A stretch of DNA of 43,990 nt from Piedraia hortae CBS 480.64 (GCA_010093745.1 MU006043.1:1-43990); one strand, 5' to 3'; positions 1 through 11,290 are shown, numbered from the stretch's first letter. Notes: generated from the letters alone by a model not told the origin. Numbers and translations are program-made.

Positions 1-532
1 CATACAAATCTCTACGGAAAACTAGTTGACGCGTGAAGTCGAGAGCCGAGCGACGGTTACTAATAATGCGCGTAATATACCGCATATTCACAACAATATC
101 AGTCTCAATTCCGGTCACGTGAGATCCTACACCACCGAGACCATTACCCTTTTGTTCTTCACGCGTTGTTCTAGTCTTTTTGGCAGCATATCGTAGCGCA
201 CACCGCATAGCTCCGTCCCTTGCGCCCTCCGGCCTCTCGGGTTTGACATTCTCACTCGTTTTGACAGGCCAGACTGAGTCAGACCCAATTGCCGAACATT
301 TGAATGGGAAGAAATCAACAATGGGCAAACGAACGAACAACCCCCAGGAAGCAGCAGAGGCATGGGGGCAAAGACTGCCGAGAGATAATATTGGCAAGAA
401 GAAGGGGCGAACTTTCCGTTGTGCTTAGACGATGAAGATCGGGCTTTCCCACAAGGAACCCATTCGCATGCGCACAACGGGCAAGCGGGGAAAGGGCCAC
501 ACCATGGGAAATGAGACTGCGGTTGATTTTGT

Positions 533-599
533 ATCATTCAACGCCGAGGCGGTGTCGTCCCGAAGGACTAACCGCGACCTCCCGAGGGGCAAGGGGGCG
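533..599. repeat. 67-bp dispersed direct repeat, partner at 9614-9680; fragment of the unknown minus-strand gene at ~9.3-11.3 kb
   Basis: atcattcaacgccgaggcggtgtcgtcccgaaggactaaccgcgacctcccgaggggcaagggggcg aligns without gaps to 9614-9680 at 58/67 identities; minus strand reads APLPLGRSRLVLRDDTASALND vs APMSLGRPRLVPRDDTASSLYD. Confidence 0.9.
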
Positions 600-614
600 C
601 GCTATATAAGCTAG

Positions 615-3600
615 GAAAACTATTTACGGCCTTGTGACCTACCTAACCAGCAAATCTTTTCCCGAGGGGTTTTCGAAGAATTTGGGCCGTGGCACTTCTC
701 CACATAGCGGGACCTGTCCATGGCGTTGTGTTGTCATTGCTCCTGTGTCACACCAGCTCCCCGCGAGGGCAAAGCTCGTGGTAAAGCCCAGTATTGTCCA
801 GGAACGTGGCGAAGTGCTGAGGTTTCAGTACCAGTTCAGCGAGGTATTTGCACCTGGCGTTGTAATCCAGCATGCGTCTTGGGCCCTCCCAAAACCATGG
901 CCATAGCCTCCATCGTCGTTGGAAGAGCAAGCAGTGGACAAGATGGTCCGGGGCTTTTGGCTTTCCGCAACTGCAGTCCATGGTCGCGTCTTGATGACCA
1001 AAGCGGAGGTGTTACTTCGCAGAGTCGCCGTGTCCGGTCCATAGCGCCAACAAGCGTTGTAGAACCGGTCTTGGCAAGGACAACAATTCGTGCTCTCGCA
1101 TGACGAACGGCAAAGTCCATCGCTTGTACTTGTCTGAGAGCTTGGCTTTGAGCCTATTCCAGTTCTCTCTGACGACGTCGGCGAAGATCTTTATAGCTTT
1201 GGCTTTGATGCCCTGCAGCTGTCGGACCGACTTCCGCGTCGCCCCCAGCACGGCAGCCGATCTTGGCCGTCGCGTTGGCCAGTTCATTTCTTTAGATGCC
1301 CGTATGGCCGGGACACCGCTTCACCCTCACGTCTCGCCCCTTGGCGGCTTCGTGGAAGGCACGAAACGCCCAGTGCGAGCAGATGGAGGCATCTGCTCGT
1401 AGACACCATATGACTGCGGTGTTGTCGGTACAGAGTCAGGTGCGATTTTGTTGGCCTCTTTCCTGCTGGTATTCGACGGCCGCTTCGAGACCTCGCCAGG
1501 CGCCGACTGCCTCAACGTCAAGGGCAACGGAGTATGGATCTACACTGGCTGCCCCGGATGCGACGCAGTGTCGGCCGAGGAAGACGGCGTAGCCGTATCA
1601 CCTTTACCCACCTGAGAGCCGTCGCTGTAGACGACCATGTCATCGCGTGGCAGACTGTTGACCCACAAGACGAAGTCTTTGTCTGCTTCTTCTTTCGTTT
1701 CGCCCCCTCTCGGATCAACTCGGGACCCAGGGGTGTGCTGTGGGTCGACCAGAGGAGGCCTATCGATCTCCTCTAAAACATTACCAGCGCGCAAGAGCCT
1801 TGTACAGGTTTTCTCGGCGCGGTCGCTAGAAGGGTCCAGACGGCCTAACCTGCGTGCCAATGGGTGCTTGGCGTCTACTTTGCGAATTTGCGTGGCGTGC
1901 CGTAACCGAGCCTGCTCCAAAGCCATCAGTCCGGTTGGTATGCCGGCCTCCATGAACAAAACACGGTTTGGCGTTGTCCTCCACGCGGGCAAGGCCACTC
2001 TCGCCGCGGCTGTCGGTACCTTGTGGATGCGATGGGTGTGCCAGCCAACGCGCGCACTCATGACGCTCCTGCCTCTGGCTGCAGGTTTCTTTGGCCGCTC
2101 TGCCAGACTTCAACGCAGTAAAGGGCCATATATGCATGGCGCATGTAAAAATGACTTTCCGCAGGGAAGCAGCAGGCGGACCATACGTTACTCCCGCAAG
2201 GCTCCGCATATGGGTCGTCAGCTTTTGGGCCTTGGCGCATCTATCGGAGACATGTCTGCGAAAGGTAAGCTTTCGGTTCATGTACACTCCTAGCCACTTC
2301 ACTGCCGGCTAAGGGCCTTCCGTGGTTGGCTGGATCGTGAATGTGTCATCCGCTACTAGGGCGGGGGGAATCGTAGCCTCTACCGCGCGAGAAGTGCATC
2401 AGTTCGACCTTTTCCGGCGCGAAATGGACTTTGTTTGCCCTACCCCAATTGAGAATCGAATGTACGTCGTCTGCTAGAGCGTTGGTGGACTCCTCCAATG
2501 TCCTACCCACCCTGTACACGCATATATCATCAGTGTAGCCAAACCGTAGCTGTGTTCTGACCCAGCAGTTGAGCAAGGCAAAGCAGGTACAGCACCGGAG
2601 ATAGCGAGCTGCCCTGAGGCGTGCCGCAGGATACTGAGGCCAGCTGCGTAGTCTGTTCTTCCATCCTGACCTGCACGCGGCGATCGGCGAGGAATGATGC
2701 AACAAATCGTAGGAACTCGATGGGCCATCCCTGTCCTCGCATCCGCTATAATAGTCTTCGAGGCAGTAGCGCATCAAAGACGGACGGCCGCTGCTGCCAC
2801 CTCTCTGGCAACCACTCGCTCAATACCTTTGCCTAAGCAAGAGAGGAGAGCGATGGGTCTCCACGACCTAGGAGACGACCGGTCTTTCTTTCCCGGTCTG
2901 GGGATCATGACGACATCAGCCGTCTTCCAGTGCGTCGGGATGTACGCTAGGTCTAGGCACGCGTTGGTGACAGCAAAGAGCCAGTGCTTTACATGGTCCT
3001 AGCATGCCCGCAAAAGCCTGACGGTGATGCCGTCTATTCCCAGTGCAGTGCTTTTCGATCCAATTGTCGCTTTTTCCACTTCCTCTAGGCTCACTATGGA
3101 GGACCAGGTGAACTGCTGGTATCCCTCTTCGTCAGACCATCCTTGGAGCGGGTCCGAGCTAACGTCGTCGGCGGCTGGGAATCTCTCCAGGAACTGCGTC
3201 CTGAGTGCCACGGCCTTTTCAAGTGTATCGTCAATTTGGTGTCCATGAATGAGCAATGGAGGCGCTTTTAGCTTGGGCTTCCATCGGTACCACGCAATTA
3301 TCTTGTACAGGGCGCGGTCGGAGTCAATCCCATCTATCAGCTTACTCCAAAACTCTCTCTTAGCGTCGCGGACGTCAGTGCAGAAGAGGCGATACACTTC
3401 GCAGTTCGCCGGTCTCTGGCCTTGCGACCGTGAGCATGCTCGCTTCCATGCTTGATGTTCGCGATGGCAGACGTCTGTCCACCAAGGGGCATTCCTGGCG
3501 GTTTCTCGAGACTGCGGTTGAGAACTGGGAGCGGGCTGCTATTGCCCGTTTTCGATCGACTATCACGTTCAGGCGATAGCAGGTCAAGCAGATCCTGAAG

Positions 3601-3720
3601 GAACATAATCAAGATTTTTCGGGGAAGGGGGAGTGTCGTCGACCCAGTGACGAGGCCGAAAGCCTCCAGCAACTGGACAGCCACCATTACCAATTCATCG
3701 CGGTCGACTCCACCCTCGCT
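615..3720 (-). mobile_element. Decayed, 5'-truncated Tad1-like LINE ORF2 (RT, RNase H, C-terminal CCHC); boundaries approximate
   Basis: Frameshifted pieces read WW..REFWSKLIDG, SWRPIALLSCLGKGIERVVA, GTPQGSSLSPVLY, FGYTDDI (YADD box), KWLGVYMNRKLTF, RNase H VVYSDGS and zinc knuckle CSCGKPKAPDHLVHC. No endonuclease or ORF1 seen; many stops and frameshifts. Confidence 0.92.
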
Positions 3721-3974
3721 TATCGACCTTATGACCTCAGTGTAGAAACCGCATGAATTTCGATGCGATTTCAAAGTGTAGGGATGAGGAATCACCAAAT
3801 TTCAAGAGCTTGATACCGAACCCTGTGGGTCTTTGTCCTTGAACCCCACGCGGAGTACAGGCAATACGAAATAATCGAACGCAAACTCTCTCTTTCATTT
3901 AAAATGGTTGTATCCAGCCTTTCACTCATTTTCAATTCCCTCTTCCTTCCCTTTAACAGACAAGGCAACTGCGA

Positions 3975-4742
3975 TCAACACCATCCTATCTTTGCTTCGG
4001 GAAAAGAAGCAGGGAGTGACCACGGGAATGTTATGAAGAGACGCGAGATTACTCTCAAGATGTGGGCAGATAGTTTTCGATCAACTGACCATCCATTCAC
4101 CGTCTGACTCGCAATGAGTGCTACGCCGCACACCTGCGTTTCCAAGTGCGGCTTTCGATCCATGGTTTCTCCACAGAGGCTGCCAGGAAAAGGTATCGCG
4201 ACAGGAGTATCTTTTTTTTATCATTTGATGCCACGAACTCGTCGATGCTCATCGATGATGAGCGCAGCTCTGGGCGGTCCTTCAAGGCGTGCGCCATATG
4301 TAGGTCGAGGATCTTTAATGTGTGGCTTTTCTCGTTTAATGCCAAGGTGGGTCGTCACGGACCGGCTTCTTGTGAACCTTTTCAGTATCTCCACCAACGC
4401 CTTATCTGCGAGGGAAAGCTCGCAATGTTTCCAATAGGTACATGGAGAATAGTAACCATATTCTCCCACCTGCAATCCCCAAGAATCATAATGGCAAGAC
4501 GCTGTTTTGATATCTGCGCTCATAATTGTCGATTTATTTGGATGATAGTTCATGCACCGTCTTCCCTGCCAACGCATCCATTTCCTTTTCCAGGCATTCA
4601 CCCATCTCACGCCGTTCGTCTTCTATCTCCACCACTAACGAATTCGTGACTTGTCAATTCGCTTCTCGAGGTCTTCTCCTGCCACTACTAGCACACGTCG
4701 GATCGTTTCGCGCACTGCACGTTTCAGCCCTTCATTTATCAT
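3975..4742 (-). pseudogene. Degraded ORF of unknown family, head-to-head with the PolB relic
   Basis: Protein-like pieces in alternating frames from ATG 4742 (MINEGLKRAVRETIRR.../VVEIEDERREMGECLEKEMDALAG.../LALNEKSHTLKILDLHM...); no recognisable motif. Confidence 0.35.
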
Positions 4743-4859
4743 TTTGATGCTGTGTGTGCGGAGAAGAAAAAGATGTGGGCAGTTGGCAAGATCCTGAAGT
4801 GTCGGGGAGAAATGTGCACATTCATCGCAGCTCCCAGGGTCAACCATCCGGCCTTAACC

Positions 4860-6383
4860 ATGTTCACCCTCTTCTACACAGGCAGAAAAGTGACCATGCT
4901 CTTTTACGGCCTTGATCCGGATGTGCAAGAACACGTCCACGAGTACACGGTACCGGCATTTTCCGCTGGGTCATCGTCGGACGCTAAAGATTGTTGCGCG
5001 ATCTGTCAGCCATCATCAACAGAATGTCTATCCTCCCGGCAAGATATCTCTTCCTCCCTTGGTAGTCCAGTACCTTTCCGGGCCCGTGCCAGAATCAGGG
5101 GCACAGCCGCTATCGCCTAATGGCGAGCGAACAGTGCCCTGGTGCTCTGGGGCTTTTGGACGGCCGCAGGTGCAGTTAAGAACTGCGTCTTTGTACAGTC
5201 TACAAGACCATCTCCGTACACTTCAGCGATGGAAAAGATCCAGAGACACCTCGAAGCGGGTGCCACGATAAGGTGGGTCGGGTATCATGGTGTACGCACA
5301 GTCTGGGTTCATCTCTCGTATCCGAATGCATTCGTGAAAGAAATAGTAGAGCTCAGGGAAGACTACACAGATCCATCATTCGTACAGATTCGATTGTCTG
5401 CAGCAGCAAATCCTGAGACTACAACTGGCACCATATGGAACTCGGGAAGCAGGCTAGAACTTTTGTGGCTCGCATCCATCATAGGGCTAAATCCGGATGC
5501 CGGTGCCAGCGCTGGTGTAGGGCGTGCATTTCATGGAGACGTGGGTTGCACTATGGGATATGACATCGAACAGGACAGATCGCGGATCCCGTTGAGTTCA
5601 TTTTTGACAGCAAGCGAGACTATCACTTGCATAGCAACTTACTGCAGCTGTGGAGAATTAAGGCTCTTCAGCATCATAGATGGGGTCCAATTCGATTACA
5701 TCCTCTGTAGGAGTTCGTGTGAGTCTGTATCTAAGTTCATAGAGTATGCAAGTCCCATGCACCACAATGGCTGGTAGGATACAACAACTTCAGATACGAC
5801 AATGTTAGGCTCGCTTTCCATGCTGACCCCAAGTACGATTCTATCTACATCCCAATGAGGGTAGGATCCGGGTCGTCACTGTCACATGCATTCTATATCG
5901 ACATAGAGGGTGTATACAATGTAGATATTCTTGTCCATCTTGACAAGACAAGGAGACATGCATACATGAATATGTCACTGGCCACGCTTGTGAGGCATCA
6001 CAATGTAGGGGAGAAGATGGACTTTGACACAGCGGACTTGCAGGACTTGGAGAAGCTTTTCGAATACAACATCCACGACTCTATGATTACAATGAAACTA
6101 GCACATGCGTCCAATGCGATGGACGAAATCACCTCTCTCGCTGTAGTTGCATGCGCCCCAATAATAGACTGTGTCCGCTTCGTCAGTGGAACTCTCGCAG
6201 CATGCTCTATAGTATCCTATTGTCTTGAGCATAGGATTTCAATGGATTGGTCACCGTGTCTCACAGCCATTGAGTACAGAGGAGCCGAAGTTCTGAAACC
6301 CATCATTGGACTCCACGAAGATGTAGTGTCATGCGACTTCTCGTCTATGTATCCCACTGTACTTATTGGAGCCAATATATCTA
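4860..6383 (+). pseudogene. Family B DNA polymerase (RNA-primed, delta/virus-like), intronless, truncated after motif A
   Basis: ATG 4860; in-frame TAA 5118-5120; single frameshift near 5755. Exo I GYDIEQD (DIE at 5562-5570), Exo II WLVGYNNFRYD (5768-5800), SLATLVRHHNVGEKMD, Exo III YNIHDS (6065-6082), YRGAEVLKPIIGLHEDVVSC and motif A DFSSMYP (6335-6355), then GANIS. Motifs B and C absent. Confidence 0.93.
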
Positions 6384-7277
6384 TAGTACATGTACCGCAT
6401 AGACCACATTCTCTAGGAAACAATAGCGCTTCCTAAATGCATCTTCGGGGACACCGATGACATTCCTGAATGAGACGAGTTCGACGCCCTTTTGTCCAGC
6501 ACTATAGATCGATGGATGAGGTGTATGGTGCCTGGGCCGCTCTTCAGCTAGAGATGACAATTCAACTGCACATACAGTCTTGCCACGAGGGTATGATGCT
6601 TGTCCACCATTGTGCTTGAACACACGGTATTGCTTTTTCCCTCCCAGCTTGGGCCAAAAACAAATTGCACCATACGCTGATATAGCAGAGTGCTGATAGC
6701 TCATTTTCAGATCCATGATAGATGCCATAGGGTCGCTAGAGGAAACAGATATCCGCACTGTGATGGGATCATTCAATCCATTCATGTGTCCTCGCATGTA
6801 TACCACCCGCCGATTTTCGTCAGAACGGACATCTTCGATCAGCTCTAGCATCGTGATTTGTCTCATTGTGCCGACAAAGCTATCTGGGTCGCATTCGGTA
6901 CTACAGCAATAAAAATCCCAGGGTGCAGATGTGATTCTCACAATGGGGTAGAAATAGGCAGTGGCCTGATATCCTCCAAGTACAGCCCCATGCTCGACCA
7001 TTGCTCGCAATATAGCTGTGGCATCTGCTCTGAGTGGAGCAAAGTGTGCAAGTGGATCCTCAACAGAGTCACGGGCAGCCTTGCGTAGTGCAGAATCATG
7101 CGCACATATGCGATTGATGTACTCTATGGCTTCCTTGCGGTAGTCGTCCGCGAAGTCTCTGTGGCCTATTCTAAGCGCCAATAGGCGCTGGAGAATTAGC
7201 CTGTCTGGGGCTAGCTCATCGACCTCTCGGATCAAAAACGAGAGCCCGAGTATTGCTGATACTGTCCCTGCACCCAA
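6381..7277 (-). CDS. Intronless ORF (298 codons, probably truncated at both ends) with a Pol-beta-type nucleotidyltransferase-like signature
   Basis: Uninterrupted frame; MVEHGAVLGGYQATAYFYP...SAPWDFYC resembles the hG[GS]...DxD NTase motif with the first Asp replaced. No ATG start; the stop lies at the junction with the PolB relic. Confidence 0.5.
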   Translation of the reverse strand: MGAGTVSAILGLSFLIREVDELAPDRLILQRLLALRIGHRDFADDYRKEAIEYINRICAHDSALRKAARDSVEDPLAHFAPLRADATAILRAMVEHGAVLGGYQATAYFYPIVRITSAPWDFYCCSTECDPDSFVGTMRQITMLELIEDVRSDENRRVVYMRGHMNGLNDPITVRISVSSSDPMASIMDLKMSYQHSAISAYGAICFWPKLGGKKQYRVFKHNGGQASYPRGKTVCAVELSSLAEERPRHHTPHPSIYSAGQKGVELVSFRNVIGVPEDAFRKRYCFLENVVYAVHVL

Positions 7278-7589
7278 TCAATGCCGAACTGGTTTGCCAG
7301 CTCAGCATGCGGTGACGGGATGACGGTGGTTGGGTGACAACAGACCCGCCGAGTCAGGCGGCTCTCGGTGGGAAGTCCGATTGGCGAAAGCTTCCAGAAC
7401 GACATTATCCCTTCTGTCTTCACCGTCAGTGTTGCTACTTTTTTCTTCTCGAGACGGGCCTGAGGCAAGCAGCGCACTTCTAGGTCCGCCCACACCTTGA
7501 TGTCTTGGCTACTTTGCTGGCGCGTATCGTTCTCCAACGCAACCCCACGCTCTCGCACCTCTTCCTCTTGCTGTGCCAGTCGCGCGCAT

Positions 7590-8144
7590 GGTTCTCCTAT
7601 TTGAACTACGTCAGTATTACTGAGGTCGTCGACATTCGTCTTCGTGAGCCTCAAGGACACAGTAGTCAACGTTGACAATGATTCCCTTCTTGGTGGCACG
7701 GAATGCATTGCTCAAGTCACGCGGCTCGAAGTTATCGTCACGCGTGATGATGCCGCAGCTGTCCGTGCAGTTGTTCAGTGTCTTCCACCACTCGGTGTCG
7801 GTGCTGTTCAGCCTATCATCATCTACCTGGACGGCCGCGTTCTCGATGTGTGTCCCGATAAACTTGGGCATGCCAACGTACATATAATCGACGCCGTAGT
7901 TCTGGCCCCTGTTGTACGGCACCGCTACATTGGCTTGCTTAAGGACCATACTCTCAAAATTGTTGAGCTTGAAGGACACTGGGGCGCGCCAGTACCGGTT
8001 GGTTGGATTCTTCTTCTTGGTAAACTCGCTCGTGGTCTCGCTGATTGTGCCGATGACTACCTCGACCTTACCGAACGTTTCCTTCGTCCAGTTATTGACC
8101 GTTTCGAACGGATTCCTTTGAACTTTCGGTTTGGCGTCCGTCAT
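7590..8144 (-). pseudogene. Small intronless beta-rich orphan protein, candidate OB-fold ssDNA-binding protein; frameshift near 7665
   Basis: ATG 8144 in AACATG context; MTDAKPKVQRNPF...RYWRAPVSFKL...DYMYVGMPKF...WWKTLNN...KGIIVNVD continues in another frame as TVSLRLTKT. The function is inference only. Confidence 0.45.
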
Positions 8145-8229
8145 GTTGCGAGATAGTCCTGGGAGCCCAACTTTCCCTGTCATGGACCGTAGTGATATCT
8201 GCAACTGCGAGAGCGTTGCGTTCTTTTAA

Positions 8230-8733
8230 TTATGCACGACGGATTGGTCTAAGGCCACGCAGGTAATTGACACCGTCAACGTTGCGAACCGCGTACGGGG
8301 ATATCAATCTCGCCTTTGATCAAATTGATTCTACAGGTAGCTTCAGCATGCATGATAGTATGAGGAGGACTTCGTACCCATCGTGGCAATTCACTTCATC
8401 TCGAGTCTCGGCTATGAGCTCGACGGCCTCGTTCATCTTGGAATTACAAAACGTTAGCAACAACGTGTAGGGCCTAACCGGCATCGAGTCATAGCGAAAC
8501 CGGGTGTACATACACGCACACGCAAAGTCCAGCCTAGCGTGGCTGCCTTCTGGTGGAGCCGCAGGTGGCACAGTCAATGCGTCGACGTTCATATGTATGG
8601 CCACGACGCAACTCTTCCACGAACCCCTAATAAGCACGTTCGTCGCGGCGGGACTGTGCAGCGTCTGTTATAATCTGCTTAAGATGAATGTGTCGATCAT
8701 CTTTGGCCCGCGGATATCACTGGGTTCTTTCAT
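8230..8733 (-). pseudogene. Degraded intronless orphan ORF (~167 codons, two internal stops)
   Basis: One frame from ATG 8733 through a TAA near 8668 and a TGA at 8320-8322 to TAA 8230-8232 (...RPYTLLLTFCNSKMNEAVELIAETRDEV...*SKARLISPYAVRNVDGVNYLRGLRPIRRA*). Confidence 0.45.
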
Positions 8734-8785
8734 CTCTGGCTGTAGTCATTGAGACTGATGGTCAAAGCGGGCGAGCATTTCGTCT

Positions 8786-9118
8786 TTGTTGCGCAAATGG
8801 CGGGACGAGGCACCGAGCTGGGCCAATGAAGATCGCCATGATAATGTTGGCTTTCGCCTTGCGAATTGGTTATCGGGAGTCCTTGCCAGTGTCAATGTTT
8901 GCTGGATGAAAGACGTCGGAGCGGAAGATGTCAGCTATATCCCCGCAATGTATGATCAATACAAGCAGGCAATTGATCGGAAAAAGATAGACTAGACACA
9001 TGAACCAATCACCCTTGATTAGCCGGTTGTCTTCGATGCCTGTATGCTCGAAATACCATTTGATTCTCACATCCCAATCTTTAGTGACTTTATGAAAGGT
9101 GTGGAAAGCCTAGTGTGA
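8786..9118 (+). pseudogene. Degraded orphan ORF fragment (two internal TAG stops)
   Basis: LRKWRDEAPSWANEDRHDNVGFRLANWLSG...YIPAMYDQYKQAIDRKKID*THEPITLD*PVVFDACMLEIPFDSHIPIFSDFMKGVESLV* in one frame. Confidence 0.35.
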
Positions 9119-9322
9119 GCAGGCTGACGCATTGCCTGTATGCACTAGATCACCGCTGTGTTGCCCGTGCAGGTTCAGATGTGATTCCTTTGGCTTCCTT
9201 TCTGCTGATAGTCGACGGCTGCTTTGAGTACCCCCTCCAGACGTCAATTACCTGCGAAAGATGAGGGAACAGAAAATTTCACGACGTGGGCCATTGGGAT
9301 TGGCTGGTGCGCGCGATGATGA

Positions 9323-11290
9323 TCACTTGCATAGCCCATTGGGCAGCCTGCGTTGTCGCTCCTCCTCCGAGAACCTTACCTTCAACAGGTCAATGGGCTC
9401 GCCGGGATCGTCTAGAAGGACGTTATTGTCGCTGGGCGTTTTATGTCTTTTGACCTTCTCGTCGTGCTTGTCCTGCATCTGATTGCGGGTGATCTTGTCC
9501 ACGAGGGCAGGCCATCCAGCCCAGTCCTTCTCCCCCGACTGGTCGACATGGTTGCGCACGGCTCGCAGGATCTTGTCGACGAACAAGCGGCAGAACAGCT
9601 TTTGTTTGTTTTCATCATACAACGACGAGGCGGTGTCGTCCCGAGGGACTAACCGCGGCCTCCCAAGCGACATAGGGGCGACGGCTGAAGGATTCGATCT
9701 TCGAGGCCTCATCCAGCTCGCCAGTTGTAGCCAGGACTTCGAACTCCGCCTTCCAATTGACGTACGACCGGTTGCCTTTTTTGAGAGGTTTCGGCTTGAT
9801 CGTGGCTAGCCGAGCGCCATTAATCTGTAGATATACTGTGAGTCGGGGTTTCCCACAGAGGCTGAAGTATTTTCGCAGGGCGGCAGAATGCGCTACCATC
9901 AACACGTGCAAGTAAAGTCGATTCACTTCTTGAATTTTCGAGCGGTTGTCTTAACAACTGGACTACTGGAAATTGGACGAGGTGACGTCGGATGGGAGTT
10001 TGGAAATCCACAAAAACTTCTTCCAGTGCTTGTCAACCATGTCCCTAAATATCCTGCCGCTTGTGGTCTTGGTAACGGCTTCAATAACGTTCAGATCGAG
10101 AGAACCTGCTGTTAAAGAAATCTCGTTTGCTTGTCTGTCCAACACGTACTTTGAGACGTAGAGCTCTGTGCTTATGACACGACGGAAGGACGGATGGTCT
10201 TGTGTGCCGCCGTTGGCGCTTTTTGGGTCTCCATTCTTGAAAGTTCCAAACCTCTCGAGGTGTTTCCTCTTCCCACATCAGTCCAAGTCTGACGACGCAC
10301 TTGTTAAGCCATAAGTGAAAGTCAGGTGCGTGGTCAGGCTTGGACTGGTGGGATTATCAATCTGCTTCCGATGGTCTGGAGCTTCACATACAAGTATGTG
10401 TGTATGTCCAGGATCCACTTCTCCCGTCTTTCCATTGTTTGCGAAGCAGCGACAGAGACATTTGTAGGCTGTCGATCTAGCCTTGGCTGAGAGCCCCCAG
10501 ATGTTGCATGGGGGTCGATGTATCAGAAAACAATCGATCTTCCGCGCCCCCTTCGCACACGAGCATTGTTGGCGTTGAGGTGCTGAGCCATGTTGGATTG
10601 GAATCAACGGAAGATTACCAAACTTGTGTCAGCTGTTGGAAGTCGTTACCGATGAATGGGCCACCTTCCTCTCCATATTTGTGGGTTTCAGCAATGTTGT
10701 CTGGCGCCAGACCGTCTTGGTTCTTTGGGACCCAGATTCCAGTACAGTCCGTCGGAGTCCACTCTGTTGATCTTGTCTCATAAGATCAAATGACTTCATG
10801 ACTTTCTGCTAAACGATCCATTCGAAATACTTCTCCTGAATCTCAGTCCCTGGCCTCATGGCTTTTATATGCCGTGGACGCATGACTGGTTTCCTGCGTG
10901 ACTTGTGTGTTGCCACCGTCCGCCTGGGATTCAACGAAGTTTCCCTCATCAATTACCATGCCAAATTCATCGTCGGACGTTGCTTCGTCCACCTCTGCTC
11001 GCATGAGCGAAGGTGCGTCATATCTGGGCGTACCACGCGTAGGCGTCTGGTAGCCTTCGACTTGTGAATAGCCCCACGGCCTAAGGCTGTAGCAGCCCCC
11101 ATTCCAAAGCGCAGGGTGTCGCAATCGATAAGATCTGAGCTTGTTGTGGATCACTGTGGCCACAAATTCCACCCCAGCATCATCATCTTTGAGTCCTATC
11201 CTCTGGAGACGCCTCTTCGTATTCGTGGATGGAAATATCTTCGATGGCGCTACCGTGATTGGGTAGCTGAGGCAGATTATCCTGATCGAT
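9323..11290 (-). pseudogene. Long degraded gene of unknown, multi-copy family
   Basis: Consecutive protein-like minus-strand pieces (10843-11172, 9963-10145, 9615-9926, 9323-9712) broken by stops and frameshifts; part of it is duplicated at 533-599. Confidence 0.45.

Noticed and set aside
4221..4650. Trp-rich minus frame as an RNA-virus RdRp remnant
   Set aside because: No GDD or other RdRp motif; another frame looks more protein-like.
4860..6383. Polinton/Maverick or mitochondrial linear-plasmid polymerase
   Set aside because: Motifs fit RNA-primed PolBs, the DNA is not AT-rich like mitochondrial plasmids, and no integrase, capsid or TIR is seen. Not fully excluded without a tree.
8258..9256. 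Perfect 14-bp inverted repeat (8258-8271 and 9243-9256) as possible TIRs
   Set aside because: No target duplication, one arm lies inside a decayed ORF, and a few 14-bp matches are expected by chance in 44 kb.
533..9680. The 67-bp direct repeats as terminal repeats of the PolB element
   Set aside because: The right copy is internal to a coding relic and no TSD is seen; a duplicated gene fragment is the simpler explanation.
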